Part shown: one piece after another, positions 1-10,716 of the stretch
Position numbering within the stretch: position 1 is the first letter of the stretch
How the letters are laid out: every line of letters starts with the position of its first letter
Origin: an uncultured delta proteobacterium
GTDB taxonomy: Bacteria; Myxococcota; UBA727; VGSZ01
Length of the DNA stretch: 64,000 nt
Assembly (NCBI GenBank): GCA_963775425.1
Contig: CAVZJB010000012.1
Coordinates: 96,001-160,000, forward strand
Reading direction: 5' to 3'
Notes under the pieces: model-generated
The model's database searches: none
Told to the model about the DNA's origin: nothing
What the model saw: only the letters and a program-made list of their open reading frames with translations
Position numbers and translations under genes: made by a program

Positions 1-135
1 CACGAGCCGCTGGAGCGGCACGCGCGGCGGGCTGCAGGCCGCATGCTTTCAGATGAGCACGTCATTCCCGCGATGATCGACAAGTTGCACGACCTATTCG
101 GCAGTCCCGCATCTGGAAGCGACACCGCAACATGA
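1..135 (+). CDS. cas1: type I-E Cas1, 3' end (partial)
   Basis: Frame 1 reads HEPLERHARRAAGRMLSDEHVIPAMIDKLHDLF..., resembling the Cas1e C-terminal helix. Its TGA overlaps the cas2 ATG (ATGA, 132-135). Confidence 0.8.
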   Translation, partial: HEPLERHARRAAGRMLSDEHVIPAMIDKLHDLFGSPASGSDTAT

Positions 136-449
136 GCATGACGGTCGTGGTCACGCGAAACGTCCCGGAACGCTACCGAGGGTTCCTCGCGTCGTGTATG
201 CTCGAACTCGCTCCAGGCGTGTACACCTCGCCGCGCATGACGAGAGCCATTCGGGAGCGGGTCTGGAACGTCTGCATCGAATGGTGCGGTCTACTGCCCC
301 TTGATGGCGCGGTCGTAATGACATGGCGCGACCGGAGGGAGACTGGTGGCCAGGGGGTACTCACCCTTGGAGTTCCGCGAATGGACATCCGCGAGCACGA
401 CGGTCTCAGGCTCGTCCGTCGCGACCTCCCTTCTCTGAAAACTGAATAA
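132..449 (+). CDS. cas2: type I-E CRISPR-associated Cas2
   Basis: MTVVVTRNVPERYRGFLASCMLELAPGVY...RERVW is the Cas2e signature; the gene lies directly before the array. Confidence 0.93.
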   Translation: MSMTVVVTRNVPERYRGFLASCMLELAPGVYTSPRMTRAIRERVWNVCIEWCGLLPLDGAVVMTWRDRRETGGQGVLTLGVPRMDIREHDGLRLVRRDLPSLKTE

Positions 450-509
450 ACGGAGGCGGCGAGCAGCGCGGCTTGCACTCCCCTCCAAATTCGTCAACCC
501 TGAGACAGA
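450..509 (+). promoter_or_regulatory. CRISPR leader (short, 60 bp)
   Basis: Non-coding, lower-GC spacer between the cas2 stop and the first repeat. Repeat orientation fits + strand transcription of a I-E array. Confidence 0.65.
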
Positions 510-3500
510 GGCTCCCCCGCGCTCGCGGGGATGGACCCATCGTCGGTGCGCTCGACGACGAAGCGGTGACGGCTCCCCCGCGCTCGCGGGGATGGACCCT
601 ATGCGGACAGACGAAGACGACGTCGACGGCAGGCTCCCCCGCGCTCGCGGGGATGGACCCCAGCGGGGGCCGCCGACGTGCTCATGATCTGGGCTCCCCC
701 GCGCTCGCGGGGATGGACCCGTTCACGCAAGGTTGATCTCTAAACGGAGTCTGGCTCCCCCGCGCTCGCGGGGATGGACCCGACCGCGCGACGTGCGCGA
801 TCCCGTCGGCCGTGGCTCCCCCGCGCTCGCGGGGATGGACCCCCTTTCGCGCTGATGAAGCCGGTGAAGAAGACGGCTCCCCCGCGCTCGCGGGGATGGA
901 CCCTCAGGCGACCGCCCAGGCGGCCATCGAGGTACGGCTCCCCCGCGCTCGCGGGGATGGACCCGCGGGCCCCACGGCTGGCCGCTGTGGTCGTGGGCTC
1001 CCCCGCGCTCGCGGGGATGGACCCTGACGCTCTCGACGCCGTCGGGCTCCGCGAGCGGCTCCCCCGCGCTCGCGGGGATGGACCCGTCGCCGCATCGATG
1101 TCGATGTCGCTCACGGCGGCTCCCCCGCGCTCGCGGGGATGGACCCCACGCGCCGCGGAGGTCGAGGCGCGGGCGCGCGGCTCCCCCGCGCTCGCGGGGA
1201 TGGACCCATCGCCTATGGCACCTACGAGCTCAAAGGCGAGGCTCCCCCGCGCTCGCGGGGATGGACCTGCAGGGCATTGACCGAGGGCGTGCCCGTCGAG
1301 GGCTCCCCCGCGCTCGCGGGGATGGACCCGACGCTCTCGACGCGTCGGGCTCCGCGAGCGGCTCCCCCGCGCTCGCGGGGATGGACCCTGACGCTCTCGA
1401 CGCCGTCGGGCTCCGCGATCGGCTCCCCCGCGCTCGCGGGGATGGACCCCCAACCGTAGCCGCTCGACGGGTGGTGCGCTGGGCTCCCCCGCGCTCGCGG
1501 GGATGGACCCCTTCGGCTTCGACGGCCGGATCGCCGAAGTCCGGCTCCCCCGCGCTCGCGGGGATGGACCCCTCTACGGCGCGAACCTCTACGGCGCGAA
1601 CCTGGCTCCCCCGCGCTCGCGGGGATGGACCCGCTGCCACTTCGTCGCGGATGCCCTTGATGCCGGCTCCCCCGCGCTCGCGGGGATGGACCCCTCGTAT
1701 CGCGCAGCTTCGAGCTCACCGCCATGGCTCCCCCGCGCTCGCGGGGATGGACCCATCGGACGTGCCACTGCGGCGGTCCGAGTTGGCTCCCCCGCGCTCG
1801 CGGGGATGGACCCGCCGCAGGCGGAGGTGCTCGGGCCACGCGGAGGCTCCCCCGCGCTCGCGGGGATGGACCCATGGAGCCCAAGGTGTTCGTCGAGACG
1901 TTGCTGGGCTCCCCCGCGCTCGCGGGGATGGACCCGCCTTGCGATACTGGCGGGGCGCAATGATCGCGGCTCCCCCGCGCTCGCGGGGATGGACCCTCAT
2001 CGATGCAGGCCGACCGCTCGCAACGCCTGGTGGCTCCCCCGCGCTCGCGGGGATGGACCCTGCCTCGACGTCGGCGGGCGACCACGACGAGCGGCTCCCC
2101 CGCGCTCGCGGGGATGGACCCGACCACGGCATCCCGTTCTGCAGCGAGACGCCGGCTCCCCCGCGCTCGCGGGGATGGACCCGCGGCCGGCGACAAGCTC
2201 AAGGGCGTGCTGCGGGCTCCCCCGCGCTCGCGGGGATGGACCCAGGCCAGCCTGCTGCAGCCAGAGCGCCATCGGGCTCCCCCGCGCTCGCGGGGATGGA
2301 CCCGGCGCGCGACCTCGGGCCACGCCTCTGCCACGGCTCCCCCGCGCTCGCGGGGATGGACCCTCACCGTCAAGAGCGCGGGCGGCCTCGCGTCGGCTCC
2401 CCCGCGCTCGCGGGGATGGACCCTCATGACGTCCGTCCGCGCATAGCCGTCGAGGCCGGCTCCCCCGCGCTCGCGGGGATGGACCCGCGCGCGAGAGCTG
2501 CCCGCCACGGTCCCCATCGGCTCCCCCGCGCTCGCGGGGATGGACCCGATGACGGCAGCGAGGCGTGCGGCCGATTCCGAGGCTCCCCCGCGCTCGCGGG
2601 GATGGACCCAGCGGTACCGTCGGATCTCGTCGTCGCGCATCTGGCTCCCCCGCGCTCGCGGGGATGGACCCCGCGCGCCGCCGAGGTCGAGGCGCGGGCG
2701 CGCGGCTCCCCCGCGCTCGCGGGGATGGACCCTGCACCGCCTCAGTGGCCACCGTCCGACTCCTGGCTCCCCCGCGCTCGCGGGGATGGACCCGTGGGCG
2801 AGGCAAGCGTGAGGCATATGTGGCGCGGCTCCCCCGCGCTCGCGGGGATGGACCCTCGACGTCGAGGTGCTGGAAGCCGTCGACCACGGCTCCCCCGCGC
2901 TCGCGGGGATGGACCCACCGGCGAGGTCGCGGACTCGACGGGCACGCCGGCTCCCCCGCGCTCGCGGGGATGGACCCATCGACGAGCCCGCCGCCGATTC
3001 TGCTCGGGCTCCCCCGCGCTCGCGGGGATGGACCCCGCACGCCATTACGAGACCGAGGCCCGATTGTGGCTCCCCCGCGCTCGCGGGGATGGACCCCCCG
3101 CCCTCGACGGCATCAAGGTCCGATTCCGGGCTCCCCCGCGCTCGCGGGGATGGACCCCACTTCGGCACAATGACCGGTGGTCCCGCCTGCGGCTCCCCCG
3201 CGCTCGCGGGGATGGACCCTGACGCTCTCGACGGCGTCGGGCTCCGCGAGCGGCTCCCCCGCGCTCGCGGGGATGGACCCCGATTCGGCGATGTACCGGT
3301 GGCCATCCGAGTCAGGCTCCCCCGCGCTCGCGGGGATGGACCCCAGCAAGACGGAGCGCCCGCGACCAGACACCGGGCTCCCCCGCGCTCGCGGGGATGG
3401 ACCCTGCGTGGCATGCACGACATCCTCGGGATTGCGGGCTCCCCCGCGCTCGCGGGGATGGACCCTTCGTGGTGTGCGCGGCAGACGGCGCGCGAGTGGC

Positions 3501-6500
3501 TCCCCCGCGCTCGCGGGGATGGACCCCGCGTGTCGAGGATCTCCGGCACCGCCCGCGGGGCTCCCCCGCGCTCGCGGGGATGGACCCATCAGCGAGCACG
3601 TCGCGCTCGACGACGACGCGGCTCCCCCGCGCTCGCGGGGATGGACCCCATCCGAGCAAGTGGGCCGTCGGGGGCATGTAGGCTCCCCCGCGCTCGCGGG
3701 GATGGACCCGGCGCCTCCTCCATCCGCCGCGGCATGACGACGGCTCCCCCGCGCTCGCGGGGATGGACCCGCCTCGTGGAAGAGGTCACTCATGCTGTCG
3801 ACGGCTCCCCCGCGCTCGCGGGGATGGACCCGGGGTCGATGCGGCGCCAAGCCGCTGCATCTGATGGCTCCCCCGCGCTCGCGGGGATGGACCCGCGGTG
3901 TCCACGGTCGTCGACGCACCGCCAGGCTCCCCCGCGCTCGCGGGGATGGACCCCTCCTCGGCGTCAGCGATGCGCCTGGGCAGCGGGCTCCCCCGCGCTC
4001 GCGGGGATGGACCCACGACGACGTCGCCGACGGCATGCTCGAGCACGGCTCCCCCGCGCTCGCGGGGATGGACCCGCGAGGACGTCCTCGGGGCTGGCGT
4101 TCGCGATGGCTCCCCCGCGCTCGCGGGGATGGACCCAGCGCGGCGCCGTCCTGCGTGCACTTCTCGCTTGGCTCCCCCGCGCTCGCGGGGATGGACCCAC
4201 GCGCAGGCGCGCGTCTTCACGTGACGCAGGCTCCCCCGCGCTCGCGGGGATGGACCCGGTGCCGCTGCTACCCGGGCTCGACTCCGCGGCGGCTCCCCCG
4301 CGCTCGCGGGGATGGACCCGTTGCGGGGTCGCCCTCGAGCCGGCGCGGCGGGCTCCCCCGCGCTCGCGGGGATGGACCCGACGGCGCAGTCGACGGCCCG
4401 CCGTCGTCGCAGGCTCCCCCGCGCTCGCGGGGATGGACCCGCGCGTAGCCCCACACGTCGACGCGCTGCTGCGGCTCCCCCGCGCTCGCGGGGATGGACC
4501 CGCGGCGAGGGCCTCGTCGACGCCGATGTACGTCGGCTCCCCCGCGCTCGCGGGGATGGACCCGGCGACGGCAGTGGCGTCTGCGGCTCCCAGTGGGCTC
4601 CCCCGCGCTCGCGGGGATGGACCCCGGCGGCGACCCGCCTCGCGCGCGGTGTGCTGGGCTCCCCCGCGCTCGCGGGGATGGACCCCCGGGTGGCATGACT
4701 GCGAGCTACGCGCTAGGGGCTCCCCCGCGCTCGCGGGGATGGACCCCCACTGGAGATCGCGCCGATCATGTTGGCATCGGCTCCCCCGCGCTCGCGGGGA
4801 TGGACCCTATGAAGGCGGACCCTATGAAGGCGATCTTCTTGGCTCCCCCGCGCTCGCGGGGATGGACCCGTGATCACGATGAATCTCGAGGGCACCGCGC
4901 TGGCTCCCCCGCGCTCGCGGGGATGGACCCGTGTTGAGCGACGTGACAAAGGCTGTCACCGGGGCTCCCCCGCGCTCGCGGGGATGGACCCCTCGCCAAG
5001 CAAACGCGCTCTCGCGCTCGCGAGGCTCCCCCGCGCTCGCGGGGATGGACCCCTCGCCATGGAGGCTTCATGAACCCAGCACGTGGCTCCCCCGCGCTCG
5101 CGGGGATGGACCCCCGGAGCCGAGGAGCGGCGAGGCGGTGTTCAGGGCTCCCCCGCGCTCGCGGGGATGGACCCGCGCGCTCACCCGCGTACTCCGCGAT
5201 GTAGATGGCTCCCCCGCGCTCGCGGGGATGGACCCGGCGGCAAGGCGCCCAGCCTCGTCGACGATGGGGCTCCCCCGCGCTCGCGGGGATGGACCCCGAG
5301 TGCGCGCCGTGCTCAAGCGGGATCCAGTGGCTCCCCCGCGCTCGCGGGGATGGACCCACGTGCTGGTTACGTATTGGTCCTGCCCTTCGTGGCTCCCCCG
5401 CGCTCGCGGGGATGGACCCGCGACGCCCGAGGCGCCGCCACCGGCAGCTTCCGGCTCCCCCGCGCTCGCGGGGATGGACCCCTCGAGCGCCGTCGTAGAC
5501 TTCGCCTTGATGGGGCTCCCCCGCGCTCGCGGGGATGGACCCATGTCGAAGCTCCTTCGATCGGAGCAGCGGAAGGCTCCCCCGCGCTCGCGGGGATGGA
5601 CCCGCACAGGCGATCGCCGGCCTGGCCCCGCTCCTGGCTCCCCCGCGCTCGCGGGGATGGACCCAGTGGAGGGTACGGCGACACATGGATCTTCCCGGCT
5701 CCCCCGCGCTCGCGGGGATGGACCCGTCGAGCTCGATCCCGCGACGGTGGCCAAGCTGGCTCCCCCGCGCTCGCGGGGATGGACCCAAGGCGGCGCAGAT
5801 CGCGCACTCGCTCGCCCTGGCTCCCCCGCGCTCGCGGGGATGGACCCCACGCCCCACACCGGGATGCCGCAGCCGTTGGGGCTCCCCCGCGCTCGCGGGG
5901 ATGGACCCGAATCTCGGACCTTGAGCGAGCGATCTTTCGCGGCTCCCCCGCGCTCGCGGGGATGGACCCGCGCCCGCCGCGCCCGCGCCCGGCGGCATCG
6001 CGGCTCCCCCGCGCTCGCGGGGATGGACCCACATCCGGGGCAAGGCCCTCGTCGGTGCGGCGGCTCCCCCGCGCTCGCGGGGATGGACCCATCGTTTGCT
6101 TTCCCGACTGCGGCCTGATCGGGGCTCCCCCGCGCTCGCGGGGATGGACCCAGGGGCTCGCCGCGCAGAAGTTCGCGGAGGCGGGCTCCCCCGCGCTCGC
6201 GGGGATGGACCCTTCGCGCGCTTCTCGCGGAAGATCATCTCCGCGGCTCCCCCGCGCTCGCGGGGATGGACCCGTCCAGGTCGACCACTTCGACGCGAGC
6301 TCCGCGGCTCCCCCGCCCCCGAGCCCGCGAGCTCGCCGGTCACGACCGGGGCTCCCCCGCGCTCGCGGGGATGGACCCTTCGAGTCCGCGCTCTTCATGG
6401 TCGACCTCGGGGCTCCCCCGCGCTCGCGGGGATGGACCCGGAGCGACGAGCTGGCGAAGGAGCGGGACGCCGGCTCCCCCGCGCTCGCGGGGATGGACCC

Positions 6501-6926
6501 GTGGCCGGCCCCAACGCACGGGCCTGGGCGCCGGCTCCCCCGCGCTCGCGGGGATGGACCCAACGCCGCCGAGGCGCTTGGCCGCGTCCTTGAGGCTCCC
6601 CCGCGCTCGCGGGGATGGACCCTTCGCGGCCAGGTTGTCCGCGGTCGCCTGCGCGGCTCCCCCGCGCTCGCGGGGATGGACCCCCGACAGGGACGCCAAC
6701 GTCCGCGGCCATGTGGGCTCCCCCGCGCTCGCGGGGATGGCCCCCGGGGAAAGACCCGAGCGCATCGCCGGTCTGGGCTCCCCCGCGCTCGCGGGGATGG
6801 ACCCGCTGACCTCTTGGCCGCCGCCGGTGAGAAGCTGGCTCCCCCGCGCTCGCGGGGATGGACCCCCGAGCAGGCCGAGCCCGAGCCCGATGCGAATGGC
6901 TCCCCCGCGCTCGCGGGGATGGACCC
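510..6926 (+). CRISPR. type I-E CRISPR array, about 106 repeats and 105 spacers (manual count)
   Basis: 29-bp repeat GGCTCCCCCGCGCTCGCGGGGATGGACCC with CCCCGC/GCGGGG hairpin and roughly 61-bp period. Spacers are mostly 32 nt (range about 29-35). Variant repeats at 1240, 6306 and 6716. Confidence 0.99.
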
Positions 6927-7029
6927 GATCGAGCGTGTGTCCTCGGCGCTCGGCGTGACGCCGCTCCCGGAGATCCTTTCCCCGCTGCGCGTGAAGCGGA
7001 ATCAAGTCGTGAAGCCCGGCGAGCTCGAG

Positions 7030-7210
7030 AAGCACGTCGAGCTGCTCGCTCGGCGCGTCGGTGACGACGGCGCGATGCGCCAGGCCGTCGCGGCCGGTGT
7101 ATCGGGAGCTCGTGTCGTGGTGCGAGACGTACTTGCGGATGGAGCTGCCGGGCTCGCTGTTGTTCGCGGCGGTGCGCTACCTCACGAACCACCAAGACGC
7201 GCTCATCGAC
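7030..7210 (+). mobile_element. IS66-family transposase remnant
   Basis: SRPVYRELVSWCETYLRMELPGSLLFAAVRYLTNHQDALI matches the IS66 TnpC segment 'SRP....L..W......P.S.L..A..Y..N....L'. Fragmentary and frameshifted; no ends recognised. Confidence 0.65.
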
Positions 7211-7816
7211 CGCGACTCGACTCGCAAACCGACACGTCGCCGGCGCGACGCGGGGCGCCGTGATGCCCGCGCCCTCGTGCGGGCCGGCGCGAGCCGCGAG
7301 CGCGTCGTCGTTTGGTGCGCCCGGCGCTCGTTCGATCGCTCAGTTTCGGGACAGCACCTCGACATCGAGGCCGTACGGATTCCCTGGTCTCTCGCATAGC
7401 CTCGCGCGCACCAAACGCGGCGCGTTCGCGCTCCCCTGCACGCCGTCCGGGCCGAGGCTCTACGGCGCGCGTCGAGGCGGTGCTCAGGATGGACCCCGCG
7501 TGCGCGCCCGGGGCGCGCGGCTCCAGCAGCGGGAGCGGGAACGGCGAGCGGGAGCGTGGACGGGCAGCGCGTGCGACTCGCGGTCACGGTCGCGATCCCC
7601 TCGCCGTGACCGTGTGCACGTGAGCCGCACGCGCTTGCCGTACAGTGCGCCAGGCAAAGCCTGGTCAAGGAGGATGCGATCCACTTCATTGACATGGATT
7701 GGTTGCGAGAGGCGTTCAGGCGCACCCTCGCAATCTAGAATCGAATCTCTCCACTCGCTCGACGCCCTACGTCGACGTCACAGTCGTTCGTCGTCGGCGC
7801 GCGCCGCAGCGTCGCC

Positions 7817-9013
7817 CTACGCCGGGCTCGCCCGCCGGGGCGCGCGCTCGAGGAACGCGAGGTGGACGACGAGCGACGGCACCGCCAGCGCGAGGAAGAC
7901 GATGGCCATCGTCGCGTCGGGCCGATGGTGCAGGACGCTGGTGGCGAGCGTGCTGAGCGACGCGATGCCCATCTGCAGCGCGCCGAGCATCGCCGACGCC
8001 GAGCCGGCGATGGTGCCGAAGGGCTTCATGGCCCCGGCGGTCACGCTCGGGACGATGAGGGCGATGCCGAAGAACACGAACATGATGGGGAACAGCGTCG
8101 TCCAGATGGTGAGCACGTGCGCCCACGCGGCCGCGCCGAGGGCGAGGGCGCCGACGATGACGGCGATGATGCCGAGCAACGACACGCGGTCCCCGGGCCA
8201 GCGCGCGGTGAGCCGCCCGCCCGCGAGGGAGCCGGCGGCGAACGCGCCGGCCACGCCGATGGCGATGAGCGCGAAGAAGAAGAACGAGAACATGTCGAGG
8301 GCGCGCGCGAGCGCCGGCGCCTCCGCGAGGCAGGCGTAGACGATGCCGACGGCGGCGCCGTTTTGCCACGCATAGACGCGAAAGTCGCGGTTGCCGAGGA
8401 GCGTGCGCGCGGTGCGCGCGAGGGTCGCCGGCTGTAACGCGGTCTCGTGCTTGTCGACGAGCGTCTCTTTGAAGCGCGCCCACACCAGCACGAGCATCAC
8501 GCCGCCGAGCACCAATACGGCGACCATGCTCGCGCGCCAGCCGACGTGGGGCCCGAGCAGGCCGCCGACGAACGGGCCGGCGCCGGGGGCGAGCGCGTAG
8601 GCGAGGTTGATGCGCGCGTACACACGGCCGCGCTCCTCGTCGGGCCACGCGTCGCGCACGGCGGCGAACACGATGACGCCGCCGGCGCACGCGCCCACGC
8701 CCTGGACCACGCGCGCCGCGAGCAGGAACGGCAGCGTCGGGCTCACGGCACACAGGAGCGATCCGAGCACCAGGAGAGACGCGCCCACGAGCATCACCGG
8801 CCGGCGGCCGTACTTGTCGGACAGCGGCCCGTAGAACAGTTGCGCCAGCGCGTAGCCCGCGAGGTACGTCGTCATCGTGAGCTGCACGGCCGAGTACGGC
8901 GCCCCGAACGCCTCGGCCATGCGCGGCAGCGCCGGCGTCACCTCGGTGTCGCCGAAGGGACCGACGGCGACCATCCATGCCAGCACGAACAGCGAAGGAC
9001 GGACGGTACGCAC
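7817..9013 (-). CDS. Bcr/CflA-family MFS multidrug efflux transporter
   Basis: About 12 hydrophobic segments; motifs PALPRMA, QLFYGPLSDKYGRRPV, GSASAMLG. Start uncertain. Confidence 0.9.
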   Translation of the reverse strand: MRTVRPSLFVLAWMVAVGPFGDTEVTPALPRMAEAFGAPYSAVQLTMTTYLAGYALAQLFYGPLSDKYGRRPVMLVGASLLVLGSLLCAVSPTLPFLLAARVVQGVGACAGGVIVFAAVRDAWPDEERGRVYARINLAYALAPGAGPFVGGLLGPHVGWRASMVAVLVLGGVMLVLVWARFKETLVDKHETALQPATLARTARTLLGNRDFRVYAWQNGAAVGIVYACLAEAPALARALDMFSFFFFALIAIGVAGAFAAGSLAGGRLTARWPGDRVSLLGIIAVIVGALALGAAAWAHVLTIWTTLFPIMFVFFGIALIVPSVTAGAMKPFGTIAGSASAMLGALQMGIASLSTLATSVLHHRPDATMAIVFLALAVPSLVVHLAFLERAPRRASPA

Positions 9014-9103
9014 CCGGGGAGCCTGCCGTCTCCATGACGCGCGCGCCAGAGTCGGAGATGCCCACGAGGGACGGACCCGGCAGCGCGGTCCGTCGCCCGG
9101 CGA

Positions 9104-10552
9104 TCAGAAGTCGAGGTGGATGTGGTCCGTCTCGAAGTTGCGAGCGCCGCCGTGCTTGTTCGCGATGCGCTCGATCTCGGAGGCGCTGCCGACGTTCAGG
9201 TCCAGGTCGACGGCGGTGCCGCGGTAGTGGTTCGAGCCCGGCGAGTGCGAGCCGCCGGTCAGGGCGTTGATCTGGATGTGCCCGTGCTTCGCCATGTCCA
9301 CGAGCGCCTTCATCAACGACAGCTTGGGCTTCACGTGCCCGCCCGTGGCGGGGACGAACGCCTTCTCGCCGCGCGCGAGGCGCTCGATGTTCTTCCGGTC
9401 CGAGCCCGTCGACAGCCCCGACCAGAACGAGACGTTCTTCGAGTGGAGCAGGAACTGCGCGCAGCCCTTGACGGTGTTGGTCTTCGGCGCCCGCTTCGCC
9501 TTCCACGCCTTGCGGATGGACTTCAGCGTCGACGAGCCCACGCCGGAGCCGACGCCGCCGAGGTGCTTTCGGCGGCGAAACGCGTCCACGGCCTTCTGCG
9601 TGTTCTTGGTGTACTTGCCGTCGACGCTCCCCGGGTGAAAGCCGAGGTCCTTGAGCAGCTTCTCCGTCTTCTTCACGGCGTGGCTGTGCTCGCCGATCGT
9701 CTGCGGCGGGCTCGTGCCGTTCCTGGCCTCGAGCGTCGCCTTCTTGAGCTTGTTCCAGGTGTGCGTGTCCACCTCGCCGGTGACCGGCAGGCCGCTCCTG
9801 CGCTGGAATTGCTTCAGCGCGCCCGCGGTGCGCGCGTCGAACTTGCCGTCGGTGCTCTTGGGGTCGAAGCCGGCGGCGCGCAGGTGCTTTTGCACGATGG
9901 CGACGCTCTTGCCGTTGGTCCCGACACCGAAGCCACGCGACGCTTTCTGCGCCACGCGCCGGTCGTCGCGGGCGCGGGCGGCGGTCTTTTTGACGCGGGT
10001 GTGGAAGGGGTCGTGGTTGAGCTTCTTGTTCTCCTCGTCGAGGAGCTTGCGGCCCGCCTTGCCGATGAGCCCGCGGTTCACCTTCTTGCCCTCGTCGCGC
10101 TTGAAGGCGCGAACGGCGGAAGCGGTCTTGTTGTCGTAGACGCCGTCGGCGCGGCCGGCGTCGTAGCCGAGGCGCTCGAGCTGCTTCTCGGTCTTCGCGA
10201 TGCGCGCGCTGCGCTGACCAGGCGCCATCACGCCCTTCTTCTTGTCCTTGGCCGCCGTGCGCATGGCGTGGAGCGTGTGCGCGTCGAGGGCGCCTGTGGC
10301 GTGCAGGCCGGCCGCCTTCTGGAAGCTCTTCACCTCCTGCTCCGTGCGCGCCGTGAAGTGCTTGTCGGCGGCGCCGTGATGGAAGCCGAGCTCCTTCAAC
10401 AGCTTCTCGCCGGCCTTGGTGACGTTCTTTCCGTCGAACTGGTCCTGCAGGACCTCGAGCTGCGTCTGCAGGTCGTCCGCGCCGGGGACGGCGCCGGCGC
10501 CCGTCGAGGAGGTGCGCGCGGGGGCGGTGCTGTCGATGGAGCGGATGGGCAT
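9104..10552 (-). CDS. multi-peptidoglycan-binding-domain protein with C-terminal M15-like Zn peptidase
   Basis: Four PG_binding_1-like repeats (e.g. DGKFDARTAGALKQFQRRSGLPVTGEVD). C-terminal HSPGSNHYRGTAVDL...HIHLDF gives the H-x6-D and HxH motifs. Start chosen at MPIRS. Confidence 0.82.
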   Translation of the reverse strand: MPIRSIDSTAPARTSSTGAGAVPGADDLQTQLEVLQDQFDGKNVTKAGEKLLKELGFHHGAADKHFTARTEQEVKSFQKAAGLHATGALDAHTLHAMRTAAKDKKKGVMAPGQRSARIAKTEKQLERLGYDAGRADGVYDNKTASAVRAFKRDEGKKVNRGLIGKAGRKLLDEENKKLNHDPFHTRVKKTAARARDDRRVAQKASRGFGVGTNGKSVAIVQKHLRAAGFDPKSTDGKFDARTAGALKQFQRRSGLPVTGEVDTHTWNKLKKATLEARNGTSPPQTIGEHSHAVKKTEKLLKDLGFHPGSVDGKYTKNTQKAVDAFRRRKHLGGVGSGVGSSTLKSIRKAWKAKRAPKTNTVKGCAQFLLHSKNVSFWSGLSTGSDRKNIERLARGEKAFVPATGGHVKPKLSLMKALVDMAKHGHIQINALTGGSHSPGSNHYRGTAVDLDLNVGSASEIERIANKHGGARNFETDHIHLDF

Positions 10553-10716
10553 GGCGCGGCCTCGGGGTGCGTGTATGTGGGGCCTTATCGGGACGAGGAG
10601 GAGCCCGAGCCGTCGTCGGATCTGCGTCGGTTGGATGTCCGACGGGCCCTCCCACAGCCCGACGTCGTAGGCCGCTGGAACGACGTCACGCCGGCGCATC
10701 AGCCCGATAACGGGGC

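Noticed and set aside
6972-7003. Possible degenerate terminal CRISPR repeat (CTTTCCCCGCTGCGCGTGAAGCGG)
   Set aside because: Wrong spacing from the last repeat and too little identity to the consensus.
473-7263. Dozens of long ORFs with repeating GSPALAGMDP / APPRSRGWT / LPRARGDGP peptides
   Set aside because: These are translations of the CRISPR repeat, which has no stop codon in any frame; they are not genes.
7689-7720. TTGACA as a sigma70 promoter
   Set aside because: No acceptable -10 box at 16-18 bp and no plus-strand gene downstream.
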